DNA of 64,000 bases from Candidatus Latescibacterota bacterium (GTDB lineage Bacteria > Latescibacterota > UBA2968 > GCA-2709665). Position 1 is the stretch's first letter. Each line of letters starts with the position of its first letter. Below the pieces are notes generated by a model that saw nothing but the letters and a program-made list of their open reading frames with translations, did no database searches and was not told the origin of the DNA. The translations under genes and the position numbers were made by a program. This document shows positions 40,101 through 48,851 of the stretch, piece by piece. The stretch is taken from positions 1,152,001 through 1,216,000 of the forward strand of contig OZ244744.1 of the NCBI GenBank assembly GCA_965219455.1, given 5' to 3'.

Positions 40101-42452
40101 TGGGAACGTCCTGGAGCCGCCTCGATCGGAGCTTTCTTGCGTGACATAGGACTGGAAACCAAGACGGTCATAGTTTTTTTTCTTGGGCGATTGACTGAGC
40201 GGCGTCGACGCGACATAGCCGCCCGCGCCGGAGAACGGGAGTTGGCTCTGGTGGTTCTAGATGAAGTCCTGCTCGCATTTTTGGCCAGGTTTGACGATAC
40301 CCGCCTTCCAGCTTTCCTGCGAAGTAGCTTGCCCTACGCTGCTCTCAATCCATATACGCCGTTCCAGGCTGGAAATGTACCGCCCGAAATGTACTACGGC
40401 CGCGACAAGATGGTCCGTCAGCTACAAAACGAGGGTAGCTGCATCGTATTCGGTGGGCGACAGTTGGGCAAGTCCGCTCTATTGCGCCAGGTAGAACGCA
40501 CATTTCACCAGCCGGATCGCGAGCGATTTGCATGGGTCGAGGACATCAAGCTAGTGGGAGATGCCCTGGCAGGAGAACAGCCCGACCAGCTATGGATCAA
40601 GTTGCGCGATGGCTTTAAGAAACAATTACTAATTAGAGACAGCATAACGGCGACGCAGCCTGAAAATATCATCAAACACATCCAGAACGCAATGGATAAG
40701 TCTCCTCAACGGCGTGTTCTCGTCCTGTTTGATGAAGCCGATTCCTTCTTGGGTGCCGATGCTCAGAATAACTTTCAAGTCGTCGAAAGACTGAGATCCC
40801 TTATTCAGGAGACACATTCTCGCTTCAAGGTGGTCTTTGCCGGTCTGCATAACGTCCAGCGGTTTAATGATATCCCCAACCAGCCGCTCGCGCACTTCGG
40901 AGAAAACTTACTGGTAGGACCTCTCGAAGCCAATTCCGCGCGGCAGTTGGTGCGGGAACCCTTGGAGACGCTAGGATATCGGTTCGTTGATGAGACCACG
41001 GTGCTCAAAGTCCTTTCCTACACCAATTACCATCCGGGTTTAATACAGTATTTCTGCCATGAACTCGTACGTCGCCTACAAGCCAAAAGGTCCACAGCAG
41101 GGCCGCCTTACAAAGTGCGCTCAGAGGATGTCGAGGCGGTGTATAGATCTTCTCAGGCTCGACAAGTCATTCGTGAACGGCTCGATTGGACCCTGGCACT
41201 GGATTCTCGGTACCAGTGCATCGCTTGGTCCATGATCTATGAGCAAAAAGAGACGCGAGACAGCTATGTCCGTTCATTCAGCGTGAACGAGCTTCTCCAA
41301 CTGACGCGAGAGTGGTGGCCTCAAGGTTTCGATAAGGTGGACAGCGTAGCCTTGCGTGGATTGCTCGGAGAAATGGTCGGCTTGGGCATATTGGTACACA
41401 ACGTGGACGAAAATCTATTCTTGTTACGCAGTCCCAATCTGGTCCGCCTTATGGGTACCGAGGAGGATATAGAAAGCCGTCTGCTGGAGTTATCTGACAA
41501 ATCTCAGCCGACCCAGTTTCAGCCCGATAGTCAGCACCTATTATTAGATGACCAAGGCCGTAGATACAGTCCCTTGACGCTCGTGGAGGAAGGCCGTCTG
41601 CAACATACGCGGCGGTCCGGCGTGAGGCTAGTCTTCGGTTCCCCGGCATTGGGGTTGGACGTGTTGGAACAAGCCTTAAACCGTATGGGAGGCAGTGAGA
41701 TCCCCGCCCAAGAATTGATTCAAGCCAACCGAACCTGTGCTTGGTTGAATTCCCACGCCCGGAAGCAACGAGGGGTCGAGCAATTATTGACCTATGGCCA
41801 GCTCAGGGGCACAGGGGGGTATATGGCCCAATGCGTCTGGGATGTACGGCAGATGTGCGAAGGTTTTAACCAAAGGGCAAGGCGACCTCTGCAAGTAGTT
41901 TTCATCCTCAAACCGGAGGCTGCCTGGACATGGCTGAGGTTGCCAGCGGATCAGCGCACTAGTCTGGAAGACCGGGCTATTTACCTGCGACGCTGGAACG
42001 AAGTTGGAATTCAGCAGCGGTTGAGGCAAGCCGATAAATTGGATTCGCCTGAGGTCTGTCAGTATGTGTTGGAAGCCACCGGGGGATGGCCATACCTCCT
42101 GAATGATCTTCTGCGCAGATGCAGCGACAATGACGATCCCCGTTCCTATGCGGAAGCTCTGGCCAAGGAAATCGCTTGTCCGAGGTCGAAGGTAGGCGGA
42201 GGGTTGTTACAGCAGATTGGATTGGCTTCGCAGGCGGAGTCTCTGCTGGTGTTACAGACTATAGTGAATTGCGGTAAATTCTCAGACGAAGATATAGAGA
42301 CATTGGGTGATCTGGTTGATGGTACCCCTACCCTCAGTATTGAGGACTGCACGTCGGCTGTGGAGTTCTTGAGCCGTTTGGGATGCCTCGAAAAAGGTAA
42401 TGGAGAGTACCGCGTAGAGCCTGTCCTGGGTCGAATAGTTGGACATCTATGA
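37161..42452 (+). CDS. Large STAND-class ATPase (one active and one degenerate STAND module)
   Basis: NPYTPF.AG.VPPEMYYGR, Walker A GGRQLGKS, Walker B VLFDEAD, NYHPGLIQ and a wHTH-like LGEMVGLGIL. Second module shows LVFGSPALG, TGGWPYLL and FLSRLGCL. Confidence 0.8.
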   Translation: MSDPNRRNSENLKDTRWASVIEDLRQWPSDASEWESDQVGGFVEQVRLLAEQKCDEQKKAGRLHLQQALDQLREVYAREIAFFGFESLGIANWQAANCPADHVSERAKTVGSLQEQLNGLRLLKQQSPENFQETRKHRTDLNDTEDRINSLAMQLDQEFAVAEPEPQQTLDEEVEDEDDPGTEPPKPGKGTSGDRPDSDEQQEAKKESRQTEDESKKETSLKEQGAEAELSDKQEVSEPKHSQPAAPEPQPKDGTPTKLRSVRDAAVRLQEDKSDENWESLGWSLLAEEDWTGAYWLAHSLKAAGRDVPVAPELLSVLQGSRWLKNDTDSLVRGILEIASDWAPQTTAEKLLGLAAALRPSLIAPYAGLVGWLPQREEINPALGEFADAIRTFARAGYPLQSENLQGVENQADIAERIANIGKQAQSLLANNRGRKLKMLRATNVLRRLVDRGGDLNLLLTPVVENRADEIDQVRQRIKDFEGRRIEERIHQIDRERATARPSRPITGVPRDQLARSIEEAVTVADHWSSLIEREELISTKGDWWTDHVKELRDRARDILPDVEAELERMQRQDQNPKEAACGRVLQKATGEVTAMLGLDEQHDNEDPQAWMCTQSGSLNRALARRLLSIPEVSLDDDGYPSEDHMAEIATFLRQSLAEERVLITACNIRIERQDFRFTDVLRNALKDDEERRVFEDRNEEALNGSRTALLERVAKVRGVIEQGMVDGLLVEQERTTMSAELETAAIEEPLCFGPLFRRLADIERQLNQKRADRLQELESKWAHIRQVLEQKIQVEQLKAVEAFIHRAFQQSDTRVVDEGLAHLREVLQGEVEWESGWFAPPDERDILKEFLDASSGIESGLSSLGSVNQLASVIEKGKTWGKVAFGELPKTRRDEAVRALKSWHVLKRHQDQPTVAHRHVPVLLAYLGFHLQEKESAVSVKNRGRDWLHCEVDASASDLARPIPQLGSQAIGCYNVVCLWERPGAASIGAFLRDIGLETKTVIVFFLGRLTERRRRDIAARAGERELALVVLDEVLLAFLARFDDTRLPAFLRSSLPYAALNPYTPFQAGNVPPEMYYGRDKMVRQLQNEGSCIVFGGRQLGKSALLRQVERTFHQPDRERFAWVEDIKLVGDALAGEQPDQLWIKLRDGFKKQLLIRDSITATQPENIIKHIQNAMDKSPQRRVLVLFDEADSFLGADAQNNFQVVERLRSLIQETHSRFKVVFAGLHNVQRFNDIPNQPLAHFGENLLVGPLEANSARQLVREPLETLGYRFVDETTVLKVLSYTNYHPGLIQYFCHELVRRLQAKRSTAGPPYKVRSEDVEAVYRSSQARQVIRERLDWTLALDSRYQCIAWSMIYEQKETRDSYVRSFSVNELLQLTREWWPQGFDKVDSVALRGLLGEMVGLGILVHNVDENLFLLRSPNLVRLMGTEEDIESRLLELSDKSQPTQFQPDSQHLLLDDQGRRYSPLTLVEEGRLQHTRRSGVRLVFGSPALGLDVLEQALNRMGGSEIPAQELIQANRTCAWLNSHARKQRGVEQLLTYGQLRGTGGYMAQCVWDVRQMCEGFNQRARRPLQVVFILKPEAAWTWLRLPADQRTSLEDRAIYLRRWNEVGIQQRLRQADKLDSPEVCQYVLEATGGWPYLLNDLLRRCSDNDDPRSYAEALAKEIACPRSKVGGGLLQQIGLASQAESLLVLQTIVNCGKFSDEDIETLGDLVDGTPTLSIEDCTSAVEFLSRLGCLEKGNGEYRVEPVLGRIVGHL

Positions 42453-43747
42453 ACTTGGAATTGACCAGCTTCTTGATGCAGATGCCGACGGCGCAACGAT
42501 TGTTGGATCTAATAAAGGACGACTTGCGGTGCGGTCGTAGTGTGTTGGGCTTGTTTCCCGAGGGAATCGATTCAAGTCGGCTGCGATCAGCATTATGGGA
42601 TGGGCTCGCATATTGGCACCTGCAAATCCAGGAGATATTTATACCCCAGCTGGATGTCCAAACGCCAGCGGGAGCTTTGGCTCAAGCTCTAGGAGTAGAT
42701 TGGGGTGCCTCCAACGCGCCCCGCACGGTAGAGAATCTTCTGAGGCAAACAAGCTTGCCCGAAATCATGTTTCTAGACGGATTTGATGAACTACCTAAAA
42801 AGGATCAAATCCAGTGGCTTCAATTTGTGGCCCAATGGGCCCAGGTTTGTCAAGGCAAGAACTTCACGGACGACGGTGGCTCCGAGACTCCCCCGGCACT
42901 GTGTCTGCTTGCCCAGGCGTCACAGGTGCCCTATCCACTTCCTCAGACGAATGTATTGCTGTCAATCCGGGTCTGGAGAGGGATCCCCACGACCCTGGAG
43001 ATGCGCCTATTGTGCCGATTGGCATCCGAGCAGGATTCCGGTCCGTTAAGCCGATGGAAAGAGCACACTATTCCAGCCATTGCGGGCTCTGATATAGATC
43101 TGGCCGATTATCTGTGGGCTCAGGAATATCGCGATTGTGTCGAATTGGCGGATCTCCTACGGGCTTTTGGTCAGAGACGCGGCTGGGATCAGACTGAATT
43201 GGAGGATTGGCCTTTACATAACCATCCCCGAAATACCACACTTTTGCAAGAGGATTGGGCGTTACCAAATGCGTTGTATCAGACTTGGGCCCGGGGAATG
43301 GTTCATTGGACCCCGGAATATGGGTTGGAACGCCATAGTGCAGTCTTAGCACTTTTGGATCAAAAAGAATCGTTAGATCATCGATTGTGGCGAGGCCAGG
43401 CGGGATTTCTTTTGCCTGAGATTGACGAAATTCGATTGGGATTGTGTAATCATCTGAACCGTTCGTACGGATTGAACTGGCCTTACAAGTGGCGGGAGCC
43501 GGAGACAGCAATAGAATGCCAGGAAGTTAGGGAGACGCCCTTTGCCTGTCAGTGGGGACATCTGGAATACCTGCTACAGAAATGTCCTAATATACAGGTA
43601 GAACAGCGGTGGCTTCCACTGGTGCGTCAATCGCGACAACTCCGCAATGCAGTGGCACACTATAGGCCGATAACCCTACGGGATTACGAAAGGTTCTGCT
43701 CAGCGGTAAAGAAAGCAACTGCGGCAGGTTTGAAGATAGGTTTGTGA
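42449..43747 (+). CDS. Degenerate P-loop/STAND-like protein with C-terminal HEPN-type motif (RNAVAH)
   Basis: ATGA coupling to the ATPase gene; GRSVLGLFP and IMFLDGFDEL; Rx4H motif at 43643-43660. Confidence 0.7.
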   Translation: MNLELTSFLMQMPTAQRLLDLIKDDLRCGRSVLGLFPEGIDSSRLRSALWDGLAYWHLQIQEIFIPQLDVQTPAGALAQALGVDWGASNAPRTVENLLRQTSLPEIMFLDGFDELPKKDQIQWLQFVAQWAQVCQGKNFTDDGGSETPPALCLLAQASQVPYPLPQTNVLLSIRVWRGIPTTLEMRLLCRLASEQDSGPLSRWKEHTIPAIAGSDIDLADYLWAQEYRDCVELADLLRAFGQRRGWDQTELEDWPLHNHPRNTTLLQEDWALPNALYQTWARGMVHWTPEYGLERHSAVLALLDQKESLDHRLWRGQAGFLLPEIDEIRLGLCNHLNRSYGLNWPYKWREPETAIECQEVRETPFACQWGHLEYLLQKCPNIQVEQRWLPLVRQSRQLRNAVAHYRPITLRDYERFCSAVKKATAAGLKIGL

Positions 43748-44026
43748 CTGGATAGACGTGTTTGTCCCATTTAATTCAATGACTGAGACCGAACTCTATT
43801 GAAGATCCATCAAGTCGCCCACACGGGCGAATGCGACATGGCAACCCAAGAAATCGGCGGCGATACGGCGAAAATATGTACGATAACCTAGTTAGCCAAT
43901 CACTTACGGAGAGAGCACCGCGCCACGACAGCCTACAGGTATTGCGGCCAACAAAACGTTCGGACATCTGGCAATCGATTGCCGACGTTGTCTTTCTCGC
44001 ACTCTTCGGGTTGAGAATGATCACTC

Positions 44027-46012
44027 ATGCCTGACCACAGCTATTTCACTAACCTGATCTGGCAGATCGCCGATCTTCTACGTGGGCCATACCGGCCTCC
44101 GCAGTACGAGCGCGTTATGTTGCCCATGACCGTGCTTAGGCGATTCGACTGCGTACTTGCCCCCACCAAATCCGGCGTGCTCGCTGAATACGAACGCTCC
44201 CGTGGCAAGTTTGAAGGTCGTGCGCTCGAGGCCAGGTTGAACACCGCCGCAAAGCAGCACTTCCACAACCACTCGCCGCTCGACTTCGAGAAACTCAAGG
44301 GCGACCCAGATAACATCGCCCAGCACCTCGTCAGCTACATCCAGGGCTTTTCGTCCAACGTGCGCCGCATTTTCGAGTATTTCGAGTTTGAGACTGAGAT
44401 CGAGAAGATGCAAGAGTCCAACATCCTCTACCTCGTCGTCTCAAAGTTCTGCGACGTGGACCTCCATCCCGACCGTGTCCCCAACGAGCAAATGGGACTC
44501 CTCTTCGAGAATCTGATCCGTCGATTCAATGAATTGGCAAACGAGACGGCGGGCGACCACTTCACGCCACGAGACGCCATCCGGCTGATGGTGAGCATAT
44601 TGTTCATAAACGACGATAAACTTCTCGCTACGCCGGGTGTAGTGCGCAAGCTTCTCGACCCCGCCTGCGGTACTGGTGGAATGTTGGCCGAAGCACAAAA
44701 TTACCTGCGAGAACACCATAGTGCTGCCCGTCTTTACGTTTACGGACAGGATTACAATCAGCGGGCATTTGCCACTGCCGCTTCTGACATGCTGATGAAA
44801 CAGGTCAACCATAACGGTGGCGGGGATAATGTGCGCTTTGGAGACAGCTTTACGGAGGACCAATTCGAGGGCGACACCTTTGACTACTTTCTTACCAATC
44901 CACCCTTCGGCGTAGACTGGAAAAAACAACGCAATGACGTACGAAATGAGCACGAAAAGCTTGGTTTCGCGGGCCGTTTCGGCGCAGGACTGCCCCGGAT
45001 AAACGACGGATCGATGCTTTTCCTGCAGCACATGGTCCGAAAGTTTGAACCCTTACGTCCGGACGAGCATAAGCATGGTTCTCGCCTTGCCATTGTGTTC
45101 AGCGGCTCGCCCCTCTTCACTGGCGGCGCCGGGTCCGGCGAAAGCGACATTCGCAAGTGGATCATCGAAAACGACTGGCTGGAGGCCATTATCGCCCTGC
45201 CGGAGCAAATGTTTTACAATACAGGCATCGGCACCTATATCTGGATTGTCACCAACCGCAAAGAAGATTTCCGGAAAGGGCGGATTCAGCTAATCGACGC
45301 CCGCGAAATGTGGACGGCTGGGGGAAGTAACGACAACAGGCGCAGTCTGGGCGATAAACGCCGGCACATCAGCGCGGAACATACCGATGAGATTGTGCGA
45401 CTTTACGGTCGGTTCGAGGAATGCGATCGCTCGAAGATTTTCGCAAACGACGACTTCGGCTATACCCGGGTGACCGTGGAGCGCCCCCTGCGTTTGCGCT
45501 ATCAGATGACCTTTGAAGACAAAGCGCGTTTCCTGGACGCATGTCCGTACTTGCTGGATGACGTCCAGGACATAGATAAGGTGTTGGGACGCGAGCCCCA
45601 GCGCGACTGGAATGCCGCATGGGAAAATATCAGCGCTCTCCTGCATAAGCGCCAATCGCGCTGGAAGAAAGTAGAACAGAGGCTCTTCCGAGACGTCTTC
45701 ACTGAGAAAAATTCGGACGCCGAGCCGGTCAGGAAGGATGGCCGAGAGAAAGGATACGAGTCCGACGCCGAGCTGCGAGACTTCGAAAATGTACCGCTCG
45801 CTGAGGACGTCGACGCCTACTTCGAGCGTGAGGTCCGCCCTCACGTCCCCGACGCCTGGATGGACCGCCGAAAGGACAAGGTCGGCTACGAGATCAACTT
45901 CAATCGGCACTTCTACAAGTACACGCCACCGCGCCCGCTGGAGGAAATCGACGCGGATCTGAAGAAAGCGGAAGAGAAGATCGTGCGGTTGTTGAGGGAG
46001 GTGACGGCGTGA
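44027..46012 (+). CDS. hsdM: Type I R-M methyltransferase subunit M
   Basis: IWQIADLLRG, GDHFTPRD, DPACGTGGML, NPPF and FYNTGI motifs. Confidence 0.95.
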   Translation: MPDHSYFTNLIWQIADLLRGPYRPPQYERVMLPMTVLRRFDCVLAPTKSGVLAEYERSRGKFEGRALEARLNTAAKQHFHNHSPLDFEKLKGDPDNIAQHLVSYIQGFSSNVRRIFEYFEFETEIEKMQESNILYLVVSKFCDVDLHPDRVPNEQMGLLFENLIRRFNELANETAGDHFTPRDAIRLMVSILFINDDKLLATPGVVRKLLDPACGTGGMLAEAQNYLREHHSAARLYVYGQDYNQRAFATAASDMLMKQVNHNGGGDNVRFGDSFTEDQFEGDTFDYFLTNPPFGVDWKKQRNDVRNEHEKLGFAGRFGAGLPRINDGSMLFLQHMVRKFEPLRPDEHKHGSRLAIVFSGSPLFTGGAGSGESDIRKWIIENDWLEAIIALPEQMFYNTGIGTYIWIVTNRKEDFRKGRIQLIDAREMWTAGGSNDNRRSLGDKRRHISAEHTDEIVRLYGRFEECDRSKIFANDDFGYTRVTVERPLRLRYQMTFEDKARFLDACPYLLDDVQDIDKVLGREPQRDWNAAWENISALLHKRQSRWKKVEQRLFRDVFTEKNSDAEPVRKDGREKGYESDAELRDFENVPLAEDVDAYFEREVRPHVPDAWMDRRKDKVGYEINFNRHFYKYTPPRPLEEIDADLKKAEEKIVRLLREVTA

Positions 46013-47250
46013 GGAAGGACAGTGCGACCCAACTCCGACGTGGATTCTCGGTCACGAGTGGAGCCACTCCACCAAGCGATAATCCTGAATTCTGGAATGG
46101 AGAGATCCTTTGGGTTACACCGGAAGACCTAAGTGCTAAGAAGAGCTATTGGCTTGAGGATACTCGCCGAAAAATCTCACACGCTGGTTATAAGTCTTGC
46201 GGCACGAATTTGGTTCCAAGCCGCTCAATTATTCTGTCGAAGAGAGCACCAATCGGACTGCTTGCGGTGCTTAAGCGAACCGCATGCTCAAACCAAGGCT
46301 GTTTTCTGTTGACGCCGACAGATGACGCCGATACACGGTTCTATTATTACTGGCTTTTTAGTAAAATTGAATTCCTTCGAGCCCTTGGCCGCGGCTCCAC
46401 CTTTATGGAGATTAGTGCTGATGACCTGAAGTCGATTCGCTTACCCACTCCTTTACCGCACGTACAAAGCAGCATCGCCGACTATCTCGACCGAGAGACA
46501 GCGCGGATCGACGAACTGGTGGCGGAAAAGAAGCGGTTGCTAGACCTGCTAGCCGAAAAGCGCCGTGCGCTCATCGCCCGCGTCGTCACACGTGGCCTCG
46601 ACCCAAACGTAACGTTGAGCGATTCTGGAATCCCCTGGCTGGGTAAGATTCCAGCGCACTGGAAGACTGAACGTGCTAGATGGTTGTTCAAAGAACGTGA
46701 TGAACGATCCGAAACGGGAGAAGAGGATCTCCTTACCGTCTCTCACCTCACGGGCGTAACTCTTCGTTCCGAGAAGGACGTCAATATGTTCGAGGCTGAG
46801 ACAAAAGAGGGATACAAGATGTGTTTCTCGGGAGACCTTGTAATCAATACACTTTGGGCGTGGATGGGCGCATTGGGTGTCTCGTCTAAGGACGGTATCG
46901 TAAGTCCTGCCTACAACGTATACGAACCCGGTGTGCATCTGAACCCTCGATACGTCGACGCTCTGGTGCGTTTGACGACCTTTGCGCAGGAGGTAACGCG
47001 ATATTCGAAGGGTGTGTGGTCATCCCGGTTGCGACTCTATCCTGAAGGATTCTTCGCTGTCTCACTTCCTGTACCACCGCTTGGAGAACAGCGAGAAATC
47101 GTCGGCTATATAGCGAAGACGATTTGCAAATTGAACGTACTGCAAGCATCGACAGAGCGGGCCGTGTCGTTGCTTAATGAGCGTCGCTCGACATTGATTG
47201 CCGCCGCGGTAACCGGAAAGACTGTCATCAAATCGTCACAACCAGTATAA
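46009..47250 (+). CDS. hsdS: Type I R-M specificity subunit S
   Basis: GATP, NQG, IADYLDRETARIDEL, DSGIPWLGKIPAHW, VPPLGEQ and LIAAAVTGK motifs; two TRDs. Confidence 0.92.
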   Translation: MRKDSATQLRRGFSVTSGATPPSDNPEFWNGEILWVTPEDLSAKKSYWLEDTRRKISHAGYKSCGTNLVPSRSIILSKRAPIGLLAVLKRTACSNQGCFLLTPTDDADTRFYYYWLFSKIEFLRALGRGSTFMEISADDLKSIRLPTPLPHVQSSIADYLDRETARIDELVAEKKRLLDLLAEKRRALIARVVTRGLDPNVTLSDSGIPWLGKIPAHWKTERARWLFKERDERSETGEEDLLTVSHLTGVTLRSEKDVNMFEAETKEGYKMCFSGDLVINTLWAWMGALGVSSKDGIVSPAYNVYEPGVHLNPRYVDALVRLTTFAQEVTRYSKGVWSSRLRLYPEGFFAVSLPVPPLGEQREIVGYIAKTICKLNVLQASTERAVSLLNERRSTLIAAAVTGKTVIKSSQPV

Positions 47251-47352
47251 TTCGCGGAATTCGCGGACAATCACAGGAGAATGGGACCCCGCCATGGAGT
47301 TTCAGGCGGCGCACAATAACCATAGCGGTTAATCCGTTTTTCGGTTTACCTG

Positions 47353-47763
47353 ATGGCAGATATATACGACCAAAAGAAGCGCAGTGAGATAATGGGGCGA
47401 GTTCGCGACAAGGACACAAAGCCTGAAAATCGAGTCCGCAAGATCGCCCACGGTCTCGGCTATCGCTTTCGGTTATACGACGATGGTCTGCCTGGAAAGC
47501 CTGACCTGGTATTTCCCCGGCACCGGAAAGTGATCTTTGTTCACGGCTGCTTCTGGCACGGACACAAGGACTGTCCGAAGGCGAGACGTCCTGCGACGAA
47601 CAGAATCTTCTGGGACGAAAAACTATCACGAAATATCGAACGTGATCGGCGCAATGTAGTTGCGCTGGAGGAAGCTGGTTGGAAGACATTAATCATCTGG
47701 GAGTGTAAGACAGGGGATCGGGACTACGTTGAGCAAATGATGAGCCGGTTTTTTGATATTTGA
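47353..47763 (+). CDS. vsr: Very short patch repair endonuclease
   Basis: RSEIM...KDTKPE, LPGKPD, FVHGCFWHGH, FW..KL.RN.ERD and WEC motifs. Confidence 0.95.
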   Translation: MADIYDQKKRSEIMGRVRDKDTKPENRVRKIAHGLGYRFRLYDDGLPGKPDLVFPRHRKVIFVHGCFWHGHKDCPKARRPATNRIFWDEKLSRNIERDRRNVVALEEAGWKTLIIWECKTGDRDYVEQMMSRFFDI

Positions 47764-47785
47764 TTTGCTGGGTAAGGGTGACCAC

Positions 47786-48850
47786 GTGAGCGTAAAGGTA
47801 TTTGATTTTTTCTCAGGTTGCGGTGGTGCGAGTTGTGGTTTCCGGGATGCGGGAATGGAGATCGTCTTTGCGCTCGATTTCGATCCTGACTCTCAACGGA
47901 CCTATCAAACGAACTTCCCTTCGACTCATTTCGTATTCAAGAATATACGCGAGACACCAATCTCTGAAGTTAGTTCAATTGTTGATGCGCAAAAACCTGA
48001 TCCCGTGTTATTTTGCGGATGCGCGCCATGCCAGCCATTCACTAAGCATAACAGGAAGCTAGTCGAACAAGAAGATGACGACCGGAAATCACTATTGTCC
48101 CGGTTCGCCGAATTTGTCGAAGCCTGCAAACCAAACATAGTATTTATCGAGAATGTGGCCGGTCTTGAGGAAGAGAAATCGAGTACTGAGCCGTTCGGAG
48201 GATTCCTTGAAATTCTCCAGACAGCGGGTTACCGACATGTCAAGTACAGCAAAGTGCGGGCCATGAAATATGGAATCCCGCAGTGCCGTTGTCGCCTTGT
48301 ACTTCTGGCAAGCCGTCACGGTCCAATCGAACTCCCATCGGAGACTAACGGGCCTGGAACGGACAACCCCGATTACGAAACGGTCAGGAATTGGATCGGT
48401 GAACTTCCACCGATCGACGCCGGCGAGGAACACGCGACCACGCTAAATCATCGTGCTGCGGGACTGTCAGAACTTAATCTGGAGCGTATTCGCGCGACAC
48501 CGGAGGGCGGAGGCCGCAAAGATTGGCCAGAGCGACTTCAACTCGACTGCCACAAGAAAACAACGGGATACAGCGACGTCTACGGACGTATGGCGTGGGA
48601 CAGACCGGCGACAGCATTGACGACAAGATGCAATAGTTATTCCAATGGTCGATTCGGGCACCCGGATCAGGATCGAGCAATAAGTATCCGTGAAGCAGCC
48701 TGTTTACAAACCTTCCCACTCGACTTCCGATTCGAAGGCAGCCTCGCCTCGATGGCTCGACAGATCGGCAATGCTGTTCCAGTTAAATTGGCAGCAACAA
48801 TCGGACGACAAATCAACAAACATTTGAAGGAAGTGGGAGTACTCCGCTAA
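47786..48850 (+). CDS. dcm: DNA cytosine-5 methyltransferase
   Basis: DFFSGCGG, PCQPF, ENV, YGIPQ.R.R, REAA.LQTFP and QIGNAVP motifs; GTG start assumed. Confidence 0.93.
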   Translation: MSVKVFDFFSGCGGASCGFRDAGMEIVFALDFDPDSQRTYQTNFPSTHFVFKNIRETPISEVSSIVDAQKPDPVLFCGCAPCQPFTKHNRKLVEQEDDDRKSLLSRFAEFVEACKPNIVFIENVAGLEEEKSSTEPFGGFLEILQTAGYRHVKYSKVRAMKYGIPQCRCRLVLLASRHGPIELPSETNGPGTDNPDYETVRNWIGELPPIDAGEEHATTLNHRAAGLSELNLERIRATPEGGGRKDWPERLQLDCHKKTTGYSDVYGRMAWDRPATALTTRCNSYSNGRFGHPDQDRAISIREAACLQTFPLDFRFEGSLASMARQIGNAVPVKLAATIGRQINKHLKEVGVLR

Positions 48851-48851
48851 A

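Noticed and set aside
37161-43747. Assignment of the STAND pair to a named system (Avs, Druantia, Dpd, BREX)
   Set aside because: No N-terminal nuclease/SIR2 with C-terminal TPR architecture, and no DUF1998 helicase, DpdA or PglZ genes in view.
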